Part shown: positions 31,209 to 43,572 of the stretch, piece after piece
How the letters are laid out: every line of letters begins with the position of its first letter
Position numbering within the stretch: the stretch's first letter is position 1
From: Rhodospirillales bacterium
Lineage (GTDB): Bacteria; Pseudomonadota; Alphaproteobacteria; SMXQ01
Assembly (NCBI GenBank): GCA_018666775.1
Contig: JABIXC010000010.1
Span: 193,079-257,078 of the forward strand
Length of the DNA: 64,000 nt
Direction of reading: 5' to 3'
Program-made: the position numbers and the translations under genes
Notes under the pieces: model-generated
Told to the model about the DNA's origin: nothing
The model's database searches: none
Seen by the model: only the letters and a program-made list of their open reading frames with translations

Positions 31209-33551
31209 ATGTCAGATCCCTTTGAATTTTCAGAAAACACGCCTGAAGCGCATCCTGAATCTGTGCCCGCATCTGGGCCAGAAGCGGAACCTAAAGCATC
31301 CGGCCCGGTGACCGGTGGTGCGATGGCGGCAGGGGACCCACCGTATCTTGCCATGTTGAACCCCGAACAACGCGAAGCCGCAGGCACGCTGGATGGTGCG
31401 GTTCTGGTTTTGGCCGGGGCGGGGACGGGCAAAACCCGTGTTCTGGTGACGCGTCTTACCCATATTCTGATGTCGCGCCGGGCCTTTCCGGGGCAAATTC
31501 TGGCGGTGACCTTTACCAACAAGGCCGCGCGGGAAATGATGGAGCGTGTGGGCAATTTGTTGGGGGGTGGTGCCGAGGGGTTGTGGCTGGGCACCTTTCA
31601 TTCCATTTCCGCCCGGATATTGCGCGCCCATGCAGAAATGTTGGGCTTGAAATCTAACTTCACTATTCTGGATACCGATGATCAGCATCGCTTGTTGCGA
31701 CAAGTCATGGAGGCGGAAAATGTTGATTATAAAAAATGGCCGCCCCGTGCGCTTAACGCCATTATTCAGCGCTGGAAAGATCGGGGCTTAACCCCGGATA
31801 AGGTCACCCCCAGCGAGGCCAGCGAATTTGCATCTGGCAAGGCCCTTAATCTTTACCGGCTTTATCAATCCCGGCTTAAAACCCTGAATGCATGTGATTT
31901 TGGCGACCTGCTGTTGCACAACCTGACCCTGTTTACCAAACACCCGGATGTGCTGGCTGATTACCAGCGCCGGTTCAAATATATTTTGGTGGACGAATAC
32001 CAAGATACCAATGTTTCTCAGTATCTGTGGCTTCGCTTGCTGGCCCAGGGTGGCAGCAATGTGTGCTGTGTCGGGGATGATGACCAGAGCATCTATGGCT
32101 GGCGCGGGGCAGAGGTTGGCAACATTCTGCGCTTTGAAAAAGATTTTCCCGGTGCTCACATTGTTCGCCTGGAGCGCAACTACCGTTCAACGCCCCAGAT
32201 TTTGGCCGCAGCCAGTGGCTTGATCGCCCATAACGAGGGCCGGTTGGGCAAGACGCTGTGGACCGAAGGCGATGATGGTGAAAAGGTCAGGGTAACCGGC
32301 GTTTGGGATGGCGATGCAGAGGCCCGGGATGTGGCCGAGACCATTGAGGCCATTCAGCGGGGCGGGACAAGCCTTAATGAAATTGCCGTTCTGGTGCGCA
32401 CAGGGTCACAAACCCGTTCCTTTGAAGAACGGTTTATTACCTGTGCCATTCCCTACCGGGTTATCGGGGGGCCGCGTTTTTATGAACGCAAGGAAATCCG
32501 GGATGCCGTGGCTTATTTCCGTGTCATTGCCCAGCCCGATGATGATCTTGCCTTTGAACGCATTATCAACACGCCGCGCAGGGGCTTGGGCAACACCACC
32601 TTGCAGGTTGCCCATGTTCTGGCCCGGGCCGAAGGCACGTCTTTGGTGTCCGCCTGTGGCGCACTGATTGGCAGCGATGATATCAGGCCCCAGGCCCGTA
32701 CGGCATTGGCCAGGGTGCTGGAAGATTTCTCCCGCTGGCGCGCCCAGGCCCAGAATATGAACCCGTCAGAATTGGCAGAAATTGTGCTCGACGAATCGGG
32801 CTATGCCGGAATGTGGCAAAACGACAAATCGGTAGAGGCGCCTGGTCGACTTGAAAACCTGAAGGAACTGGTTTCGGCATTGGAAGACTTTGAAAGCCTG
32901 GACAGTTTTCTAGAGCATGTTTCCCTTGTGATGGAGCACGAAGACAACACGGGCACGGACATGGTCAATATCATGACCCTGCACGGGGCAAAGGGGTTGG
33001 AATTTGATGTGGTTTTCTTACCCGGCTGGGAAGAAGGCCTGTTTCCCCATCAACGCGCCATGGATGAACAAGGCGCTGCGGGCCTGGAAGAAGAACGCCG
33101 CCTTGCCTATGTTGGGCTTACCCGGGCGCGAAAGCTTGCCTATATCAGTTTTGCGGCTAATCGGCGGCTTTATAACCAATGGAATTCGGCCATTCCGTCG
33201 CGATTTATCGAAGAACTACCCAAAGACCATGTGGAGGTGGATGTCTCCAAGGGGCTTTATGGGGGATCGCCTCCAGAGGAGCGCCAGAAAAAATATGGTG
33301 GTGGTGGCAGTGGTGGCAGTGCGCATGGGCAGGGCTATGGCGGCAAACGCCGTTCCAAGCCATCTTCAAAAAAGGAAGATGCGGGCTCAATGGTTGCTGC
33401 AACCCCCGATGGCTTGACCAAGGGCAGCCGGGTATTTCACCAAAAATTTGGCTACGGCCGGGTGCAGGGCGTTGAAGGCAACAAGCTTGATATTTCCTTT
33501 GATAAGGCCGGGCGCAAAAAGGTCATGGCCAGTTTTGTGAACCCTGCCTAA
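31209..33551 (+). CDS. uvrD: ATP-dependent DNA helicase UvrD/PcrA
   Basis: VLAGAGTGKT, AVTFTNKAA, VDEYQDTN, VGDDDQSIY, LERNYRS, MTLHGAKGLEF, EEERRLAYVG, C-terminal RVFHQKFGYG. Confidence 0.95.
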   Translation: MSDPFEFSENTPEAHPESVPASGPEAEPKASGPVTGGAMAAGDPPYLAMLNPEQREAAGTLDGAVLVLAGAGTGKTRVLVTRLTHILMSRRAFPGQILAVTFTNKAAREMMERVGNLLGGGAEGLWLGTFHSISARILRAHAEMLGLKSNFTILDTDDQHRLLRQVMEAENVDYKKWPPRALNAIIQRWKDRGLTPDKVTPSEASEFASGKALNLYRLYQSRLKTLNACDFGDLLLHNLTLFTKHPDVLADYQRRFKYILVDEYQDTNVSQYLWLRLLAQGGSNVCCVGDDDQSIYGWRGAEVGNILRFEKDFPGAHIVRLERNYRSTPQILAAASGLIAHNEGRLGKTLWTEGDDGEKVRVTGVWDGDAEARDVAETIEAIQRGGTSLNEIAVLVRTGSQTRSFEERFITCAIPYRVIGGPRFYERKEIRDAVAYFRVIAQPDDDLAFERIINTPRRGLGNTTLQVAHVLARAEGTSLVSACGALIGSDDIRPQARTALARVLEDFSRWRAQAQNMNPSELAEIVLDESGYAGMWQNDKSVEAPGRLENLKELVSALEDFESLDSFLEHVSLVMEHEDNTGTDMVNIMTLHGAKGLEFDVVFLPGWEEGLFPHQRAMDEQGAAGLEEERRLAYVGLTRARKLAYISFAANRRLYNQWNSAIPSRFIEELPKDHVEVDVSKGLYGGSPPEERQKKYGGGGSGGSAHGQGYGGKRRSKPSSKKEDAGSMVAATPDGLTKGSRVFHQKFGYGRVQGVEGNKLDISFDKAGRKKVMASFVNPA

Positions 33552-33579
33552 AGGCATTTAGACAATCGGAGTGTAACCC

Positions 33580-34476
33580 TTGGCTGAACAATCGCCTGCC
33601 TATTGGCGCATCTGGCTCGACACTGATGATGTGCTTGCCCCGGTTCTGGAGGCTGCCTTGGCTCCCCTTGGTCAGTCGGTTGCCCGGTTCGAGGAAAAAG
33701 ATATCCCGGATGGCATGGCAAAGCGTTGGCGGATAGAAGCGATTGCGGATCAAGAGCCCGACATCGCAGAGGTGGCCCTTTGCCTTGCTGCTGCCGTCGG
33801 TCAGGCCCATGGGGATATGCCTGATTTTCATATTTCCAAAATGGATGATGTGGATTGGCTGGCCCTGAACCGGAGCCAATTCCCGCCCATCACCGCCGGG
33901 CGGTTTTTTATCCATGGCAGTTTCTTTGATGGCACACCGCCATCTGACAAACATGTGGTCAATCTAGATGTCGGCCCGGCCTTTGGTTCGGGCACCCATG
34001 AAACCACGCGGGGCTGCCTGTTGGCCCTTGATGAATTACTGAATGAACGGGCGTTTGATCATGCCCTTGATCTTGGCTGTGGGTCGGGCATTTTGGCGTT
34101 GTCATTTGCGCGCGCCACGGGCAAACCGGTCATGGCCAGCGACCTTGATCCTGTGGCGGCCGAAACAACAGCAAACAACGCCATAACCAACGGGCTGGCG
34201 CATTTGGTTGATGCGGTGGCTGCGTCTGGTGTGGCCGCTGATGGGGTGCAAAACAAGGCACCGTTTGATTTGATATTTGCCAACATATTGGCCGAACCGC
34301 TGATTGCGTTGGCCGGTGATATCGAAGCCCGGTTGGCCCCGGGGGGTGCTTTGATCCTGTCTGGGCTTTTGACCCGCCAGCAAGGCGATGTCATGAGCGC
34401 ATACAGGGACGTTGGTCTTAAGCTTAGCCGTACCATCGTGCTCGGTGAATGGAGCACGATGATACTGGGCCGATAA
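33580..34476 (+). CDS. prmA: 50S ribosomal protein L11 methyltransferase
   Basis: AFGSGTHETT, LDLGCGSGILA, FDLIFANILAEPL, LILSGLL; TTG start. Confidence 0.92.
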   Translation: MAEQSPAYWRIWLDTDDVLAPVLEAALAPLGQSVARFEEKDIPDGMAKRWRIEAIADQEPDIAEVALCLAAAVGQAHGDMPDFHISKMDDVDWLALNRSQFPPITAGRFFIHGSFFDGTPPSDKHVVNLDVGPAFGSGTHETTRGCLLALDELLNERAFDHALDLGCGSGILALSFARATGKPVMASDLDPVAAETTANNAITNGLAHLVDAVAASGVAADGVQNKAPFDLIFANILAEPLIALAGDIEARLAPGGALILSGLLTRQQGDVMSAYRDVGLKLSRTIVLGEWSTMILGR

Positions 34477-34489
34477 GCGTAATCTTGGT

Positions 34490-34738
34490 TTAGCGGTCGA
34501 GGATGCCTGCTTTTTTGGCGGCATAGACTGCAATGCCCTGGCGGTCGATGCCAAGGTTGGAAAGCTGGCTATCATTGAGGGGCTCAAGGGTAGCAAACAG
34601 ATCACGGGCATAAATGGCATAGGCCAGCGTGTTGGATTTTGGTGCGCTGAAGAACTTGATGAAACGGGAGATCAATTCGGCTTCTTTGCGAAAAGGAAGA
34701 TCAGCGATGCCTGGGGCGAGGATTGAATGGTCGGTCAT
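34490..34738 (-). CDS. Small protein, divergent DUF1127 (YjiS)-like, paralog 1
   Basis: 82 aa from MTDHS with RBS AGGAG; core LEPLNDSQLSNLGIDRQGI resembles DUF1127 L..L.D..L.D.G..R..I. Confidence 0.6.
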   Translation of the reverse strand: MTDHSILAPGIADLPFRKEAELISRFIKFFSAPKSNTLAYAIYARDLFATLEPLNDSQLSNLGIDRQGIAVYAAKKAGILDR

Positions 34739-34960
34739 GGGTTCTAACTCCTGATAAATGGTTGCTTCAAAAAACCAACTCGCTACTGGGATGCAACGGA
34801 CTGCTCCGTAATCATCCCCTGAAACTGCCGGTCTTTTATTAGTGTCGGCGGCTGGTCTGGCCTTGTGGGAAGTCTGAATGGGTTTCCCGGGTGCGACCGT
34901 CGTCGTTGGCGTGTTTATGCACCCAAACCACAAAAATGAGCAGCGCCCATTGGTAAACGG

Positions 34961-34983
34961 AGCCATGCACAATTAGCATGGCT
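34961..34983. promoter_or_regulatory. LysR-type palindromic operator upstream of DUF1127-like paralog 1
   Basis: AGCCATGC-ACAATTA-GCATGGCT: perfect 8-bp inverted repeat, contains T-N11-A (ATGC-N7-GCAT). Confidence 0.6.
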
Positions 34984-35107
34984 TGTTCATATTTTGTTAA
35001 GCATTCGTCGTCGGATTGTTAACTTACCCTGCAAATACAACATGTTAAGACAACATTTCAGACATGCTTCCCACCTGATCCAGGCCTGAAGTGCCCATAA
35101 AAAGTTG

Positions 35108-35229
35108 CAAAAAGAAAGGCGACCATGGGGGGTCGCCTTATTTAGGGGTGTTAGGTGGCTGGGGGACTAACGCCAACTAACTGGGTAATCAGGGTATAAC
35201 TTCAAACAATGGATATTCTCGTCACTATA
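35108..35229 (-). ncRNA. Candidate ~120-nt small regulatory RNA (AbcR-like architecture)
   Basis: Own promoter TTTACA-N17-TAGAAT, stem-loop with C-rich loop (AGTCCCCCA), GC-rich terminator AAGGCGACC-cccat-GGTCGCCTT-type hairpin followed by TCTTTTT; no convincing ORF. Confidence 0.6.
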
Positions 35230-35235
35230 ATTAGT

Positions 35236-35307
35236 ATTCTAACTAATTATATAGAGATTGTAAAGAAGCCATTTTTATGGCCTTTGCCATGCAAATCATA
35301 CATGGCA
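35236..35307 (-). promoter_or_regulatory. Sigma70 promoter plus upstream LysR-type box for the candidate sRNA
   Basis: -35 TTTACA (35259-35264), 17-nt spacer, -10 TAGAAT (35236-35241); palindrome TGCCATG-CAAATCATA-CATGGCA at 35285-35307, centred ~67 nt upstream of the predicted TSS. Confidence 0.65.
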
Positions 35308-35364
35308 GTTTATTAAACAATTACAGTGACTTATATAGTAATATCAGGTCAGGAATGGTTAGAT

Positions 35365-35634
35365 TCAGCCCAGTTTGTTTTTATGGGCGATGATAAACAA
35401 CCCAGCTGCTGCCGCTGAAACTCGGGAAAGGTCATCGCGTTCAATACCGAGTTCTGCAAGCTCTGCAGTGGTTCTGGCCGACAGGTTTTCAAAGAGTTCG
35501 GCCCCAAGGGCGGCTTCATCCAGAAGCTCAAGGGCATCCCCTGTTGCATGGGGAAGGCGTTCGGTAAAAAAGTTGATGATGTCAGTCATAAGCTTTGCTT
35601 CTTCTTCATAGGGCAGATGATTAATATCAGACAT
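35365..35634 (-). CDS. Small acidic protein, divergent DUF1127-like, paralog 2
   Basis: 89 aa, RBS AGGAG; LFENLSARTTAELAELGIERDDL core; aligns with paralog 1 (LPYEEEAKLMTDIINFF vs LPFRKEAELISRFIKFF). Confidence 0.6.
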   Translation of the reverse strand: MSDINHLPYEEEAKLMTDIINFFTERLPHATGDALELLDEAALGAELFENLSARTTAELAELGIERDDLSRVSAAAAGLFIIAHKNKLG

Positions 35635-35784
35635 AATGGCATCTCCTGTTGTTTTCAGCTCCGCACGATTAACATGGGAATTATATCATCATGTTTAAAG
35701 GCTTTTGTATGACTTCGTGGGGTGGGGGGCTTGTGTTGGGTGGATCACGCCATTAGCTTCGGGTGATCAATCTACAGGTAATTC

Positions 35785-37611
35785 ATGGCAAACACGTCAA
35801 ACAACAAGACAGAATCGGGTGAGCGCTTAAGGCAGTTGCGCGCGCGAATGGCAAAGATGAAGCTGGATGGGTTTATTGTGCCCCGCAGCGATGCCCATCA
35901 GGGTGAATACGTGCCACCTTCAGAAGAACGCCTTATCTGGTTAACGGGCTTTAGCGGATCAGCCGGTTTGGCAGTGGTGTTGAAGGATAAGGCAGCCCTT
36001 TTTGTCGATGGGCGTTATGGGTTGCAGGCCCGCCATGAGGTCGATACCGGCCAGCTTTCAATTCACCAAACGGCCAAGCTTTCCCCCATGGCGTGGATTG
36101 CGGCCAATGCCAAACGGGGTGCGCGCATCGGGTTTGACCCGTGGTTGGTGACAGGCCGTGATTGGGCACGGTTTGGGGCGGGTGCAGAAAAGGCCGGTGC
36201 AAAATTGGTATCGGTCTCGGCAAATCCCATTGATGCCATTTGGACGGATCGCCCTCTACCACCGATGGGGCCAGTTAAGGTCTTTCCAAATAAATATTCT
36301 GGCAAAAGCGCCCGGGACAAGCGATCCCAAATCGCCGGTCCGATGGCTGCGGCAGGGATCGATGCGGCTGTGTTGAGCGCGCCTGAATCTATAGCATGGC
36401 TTTTAAATATTCGGGGCTCTGATGTTGATTTCGCACCTTTGGTTCTGGCGTTTGCGGTGATCACCCGTGATGGGCGTGTAACCTTGATTGTGAACAAGGA
36501 AAAAATTAGCGCTGGTGTGCGTCGCCATCTGGGCGAAGGCGTTACCATCGCCGCCCCGTCAAAATTTGGGGCCATTCTTGATCAATTGGGCAAGAAAAAG
36601 CGGGTGGTTTTGGCTGATAACGCTTCAACGCCTGCCTGGATATTGAACCGTTTAAAGCGCGCCGGGGCACAATTGCGCGATGGTGCTGATCCGTGTGTCG
36701 ATCCAAAGGCCCGTAAAAACAAAACAGAACTAAAAGGCATCCGCGCTGCCCATATCCGCGATGGGGCGGCGCTTTGTCGGTTTCTGGCATGGTTTGCGAA
36801 GGCCGCCCCCCGTGGCGGGCAGACAGAAATGGCGGCAGCCAAAAAAGTGGATGGAACCCGCGCCGAAAACGACCTGTTTCAGGGGCTTTCCTTTCCAACC
36901 ATATCGGCAGCGGGTCCCAATGGGGCCATCATCCATTACCGGGTGACAGAGGAAACCAACCGTTCGGTAAAATCCGGCGATGTGTTCTTGCTAGATTCCG
37001 GGGCGCAATATCTCGATGGCACCACCGATGTGACCCGGACCTTTTTGATTGGCCCAAGAGCCGGGCTTAAATCGGGTGTCGCCATCCGTGAACGGTTTAC
37101 CCGCGTGCTCAAGGGCCATATCGGGTTGGCATCCGCCCGGTTTCCGGTGGGGACCACGGGGTCGCAATTGGATGTTCTGGCGCGGAAGGCATTGTGGGAT
37201 GCGGGGCTGGATTATGATCACGGCACCGGACACGGCATTGGCCATTACCTGAGCGTTCACGAAGGGCCCCAGCGCATTTCTCAGGCGGGCAATTCGGTGG
37301 TTTTAGAACCGGGCATGTTGCTTTCCAATGAACCGGGTTTTTACCAGCAAGGGGAATTTGGCATTCGCACCGAAAGCCTTTTGGTGGTGCGAGATGCGGC
37401 CAAGGGCAAAGGCAAAGGGGTTCGGCCCATGCGATGTTTTGATGTGTTAACCCTGGCACCGATTGACCGGGCCTTGATTGATCGTAAATTACTAAGCGGT
37501 GAAGAACGCAATTGGCTTGATGCCTATCACGCCCGGGTGCGGCGCTTGATCACCCCTTTGGTGGACCCGAAAACCGCTGAATGGCTGAAACAGGCTACCA
37601 AAAAGATTTAA
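35785..37611 (+). CDS. Aminopeptidase P family protein (Xaa-Pro peptidase, M24B)
   Basis: DAHQGEYV, WLTGFSGSAG, LLDSGAQYLDGTTDVTRT, HGTGHGIG, VHEGP, SNEPGFY. Confidence 0.95.
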   Translation: MANTSNNKTESGERLRQLRARMAKMKLDGFIVPRSDAHQGEYVPPSEERLIWLTGFSGSAGLAVVLKDKAALFVDGRYGLQARHEVDTGQLSIHQTAKLSPMAWIAANAKRGARIGFDPWLVTGRDWARFGAGAEKAGAKLVSVSANPIDAIWTDRPLPPMGPVKVFPNKYSGKSARDKRSQIAGPMAAAGIDAAVLSAPESIAWLLNIRGSDVDFAPLVLAFAVITRDGRVTLIVNKEKISAGVRRHLGEGVTIAAPSKFGAILDQLGKKKRVVLADNASTPAWILNRLKRAGAQLRDGADPCVDPKARKNKTELKGIRAAHIRDGAALCRFLAWFAKAAPRGGQTEMAAAKKVDGTRAENDLFQGLSFPTISAAGPNGAIIHYRVTEETNRSVKSGDVFLLDSGAQYLDGTTDVTRTFLIGPRAGLKSGVAIRERFTRVLKGHIGLASARFPVGTTGSQLDVLARKALWDAGLDYDHGTGHGIGHYLSVHEGPQRISQAGNSVVLEPGMLLSNEPGFYQQGEFGIRTESLLVVRDAAKGKGKGVRPMRCFDVLTLAPIDRALIDRKLLSGEERNWLDAYHARVRRLITPLVDPKTAEWLKQATKKI

Positions 37612-37620
37612 GCTGATCCC

Positions 37621-41425
<3,805 letters not shown>

Positions 41426-41431
41426 GAGAGC

Positions 41432-42340
41432 CTAGAAAATTGAGTGCCAAGTCCGCCCAAGCCAGCCGCGTTTTTTATCGGCGATCTTTTTTCTGGCTTG
41501 GCGGGGGTCAATGCCGGTCATAATGGCATAGCTATCGATGTACCATTCACTTCCCGGAAAATTGTGGCCGAGCACGGAAGCGCTTTTTTTGGCTTCTTCA
41601 TCAAGACCGAGCACAATATAGCTTTCGGTCAGCCGATGCAGGGCTTCGGGAATATGTGATGTCGTCTGGTATTTTTTGATGACGGACTGAAAGCGGTTGA
41701 TGGCAGCAATATGCTGGTTGGTTTTTTGGTACCATCGGCCCACAGACATTTTCTGACCGGCAACCTGATCATTGGTGAGATCACGCTTTAACAGGGCATC
41801 CCGGGCGAATTTGGATTTGGGGAAGCGGCGGATCACTTCATCAAGGGCTTCTTGGGCGCGGTAGGTGACTTTCTGATCCCGGTGCACATCGGATATTTCT
41901 TCGTAATAGCAAAGCGCGCGCAGGTAATAGGCATAGGCAATGTCGCGGCTTCCCGGGTGTAGGTGAATAAACCGGTCAAGGGCGATGATGGCATCATCAT
42001 AGCGCCCTACCTGATACCGGCTATAGGCCGTCATCAGGGTCGATTTGTTGGCCCAGATCGAATAGGGATGCTGTCTTTCAACTTCATTGAAGTATTTCAC
42101 GGCATCAGAATAGCTCTGGCGGGTCATGATGGTCATGCCGGTGTTGTAAAGCGATTCCGGGGTGGCGTCGGGTTTGATTTCAGGAGGCGGGGTGCTACAG
42201 CCTCCTAAAATCAGCATTGCCCCAAGGGCAATGGCTGCGGCAATGGCTGTGGCAAAGCGATGGCTTCTCCCCGATTGGTGCATGGGCACCAACGCCGGGC
42301 GGCGGTTATAGGATGGGTCAGAAGCAGTCATCATGAACAT
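41432..42340 (-). CDS. bamD: Outer membrane protein assembly factor BamD
   Basis: Lipobox LGGC, VERQHPYSIWA, TPR repeats, AAINRF, EALHRLTESY, LGHNFPGSEWY; start uncertain. Confidence 0.93.
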   Translation of the reverse strand: MFMMTASDPSYNRRPALVPMHQSGRSHRFATAIAAAIALGAMLILGGCSTPPPEIKPDATPESLYNTGMTIMTRQSYSDAVKYFNEVERQHPYSIWANKSTLMTAYSRYQVGRYDDAIIALDRFIHLHPGSRDIAYAYYLRALCYYEEISDVHRDQKVTYRAQEALDEVIRRFPKSKFARDALLKRDLTNDQVAGQKMSVGRWYQKTNQHIAAINRFQSVIKKYQTTSHIPEALHRLTESYIVLGLDEEAKKSASVLGHNFPGSEWYIDSYAIMTGIDPRQARKKIADKKRGWLGRTWHSIF

Positions 42341-42461
42341 AAGAAATATGGTGCATATTAATTGAGTTAACGACCACCCTTATAGCATGGCAGAACACCA
42401 TTGGCACCAAGAGGGTGTGGTAAAAAATGCTATCTGAAACGGGGTGTGAAACGGGCGCGGA

Positions 42462-43412
42462 TCAGCGGCCAGCGGCGGCGGCTGGGGTAGGGGCGGTGTC
42501 AAACAGGGTGGCTTCGACATCACTATGGGCCGTATTTCCAACCCTTTGGGGAACCAGCGCCCAGGCTTTGGGGTCGGCAAACAGGGTTTTCAATAGCAGG
42601 TGATTAACGGCATGCCCCGAACGCGAGCCACTGAAGTGGCCCATAATCTGGGCCCCGGCAAGATAAAGATCACCAACGGAATCAAGAATTTTATGGCGGA
42701 CAAATTCATCGCTATAGCGCAAGCCTGAATCATTGAGAATTTTATCGCCGCTGACGACCACAGCATTATCGAGCGACCCACCCAGCAGCATGCCGGCTTG
42801 GCGCAGCGCGGCGACTTCGTGTTCAAAGCCAAAGGTGCGGGCGTTGCCAACTTCGTTCTTGAAATTGCCGTTGACGAATTCAATGGCATAAGACTGGCTA
42901 GAGACGGCCTTTGATTCGAACTCAATATCAAATTCGATGGAGAAATTTTCGCCGGGCATGATGCTGGCCTGGCGGTCACCATCCGTTACAGAAACGGGTT
43001 TCAGGACTTTCAGGACGCGACGGTTCTGGTCCTGTTCCTTGATGCCTGCACATTCGATCAGAAAGACGAACGGTGCGGCACTGCCATCCATAATTGGGAC
43101 TTCCGGGCCATTGATTTCCACCAATGCGTTATCAACGCCAAGACCGGCAAAGGCGGCCATCAGGTGTTCAATGGTTTTGATGGTGACATCGGCATCATTG
43201 GCGATGGCCGAACAAAGCTGGGAAGGGACAACATTGCGCCAATGCGCATCAATGATCGCTTGGCCGCCAGAAATATCGGTCCGTTTGAAACGGATGCCAG
43301 TGTCTGGTTCGGCGGGGCAGATGGTCATGGAAATATGGGCACCAGTATGCAGTCCGATGCCAGAACAACCAATGGCGTTGCTTAAGGTTGTTTGCTTAAC
43401 GTAATTCACCAT
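42462..43412 (-). CDS. lpxC: UDP-3-O-acyl-GlcNAc deacetylase
   Basis: GIGLHTG, TIEHLMAA, PIMDGSA, ARTFGF, RHKILDSVGDL. Confidence 0.98.
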   Translation of the reverse strand: MVNYVKQTTLSNAIGCSGIGLHTGAHISMTICPAEPDTGIRFKRTDISGGQAIIDAHWRNVVPSQLCSAIANDADVTIKTIEHLMAAFAGLGVDNALVEINGPEVPIMDGSAAPFVFLIECAGIKEQDQNRRVLKVLKPVSVTDGDRQASIMPGENFSIEFDIEFESKAVSSQSYAIEFVNGNFKNEVGNARTFGFEHEVAALRQAGMLLGGSLDNAVVVSGDKILNDSGLRYSDEFVRHKILDSVGDLYLAGAQIMGHFSGSRSGHAVNHLLLKTLFADPKAWALVPQRVGNTAHSDVEATLFDTAPTPAAAAGR

Positions 43413-43572
43413 AACCCGAAAGTGACCTCAATTTTAAAAACACAGTTAAAACACTACCAGAGGATGTCTATCAACATCCCCTGGCGTGCTCAAATCAACA
43501 ATTGTTTCAATTTGTTACGTCATTTCCCGGGTCAAATTGTCCTGGTTTTTTAAAGTGCCCTCATGAAAGGCC

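Noticed and set aside
34739..34972. 160-aa version of the ORF at 34490-34972
   Set aside because: The extension spans the operator and leader; ATG 34738 has a clear AGGAG RBS and matches the paralog's length
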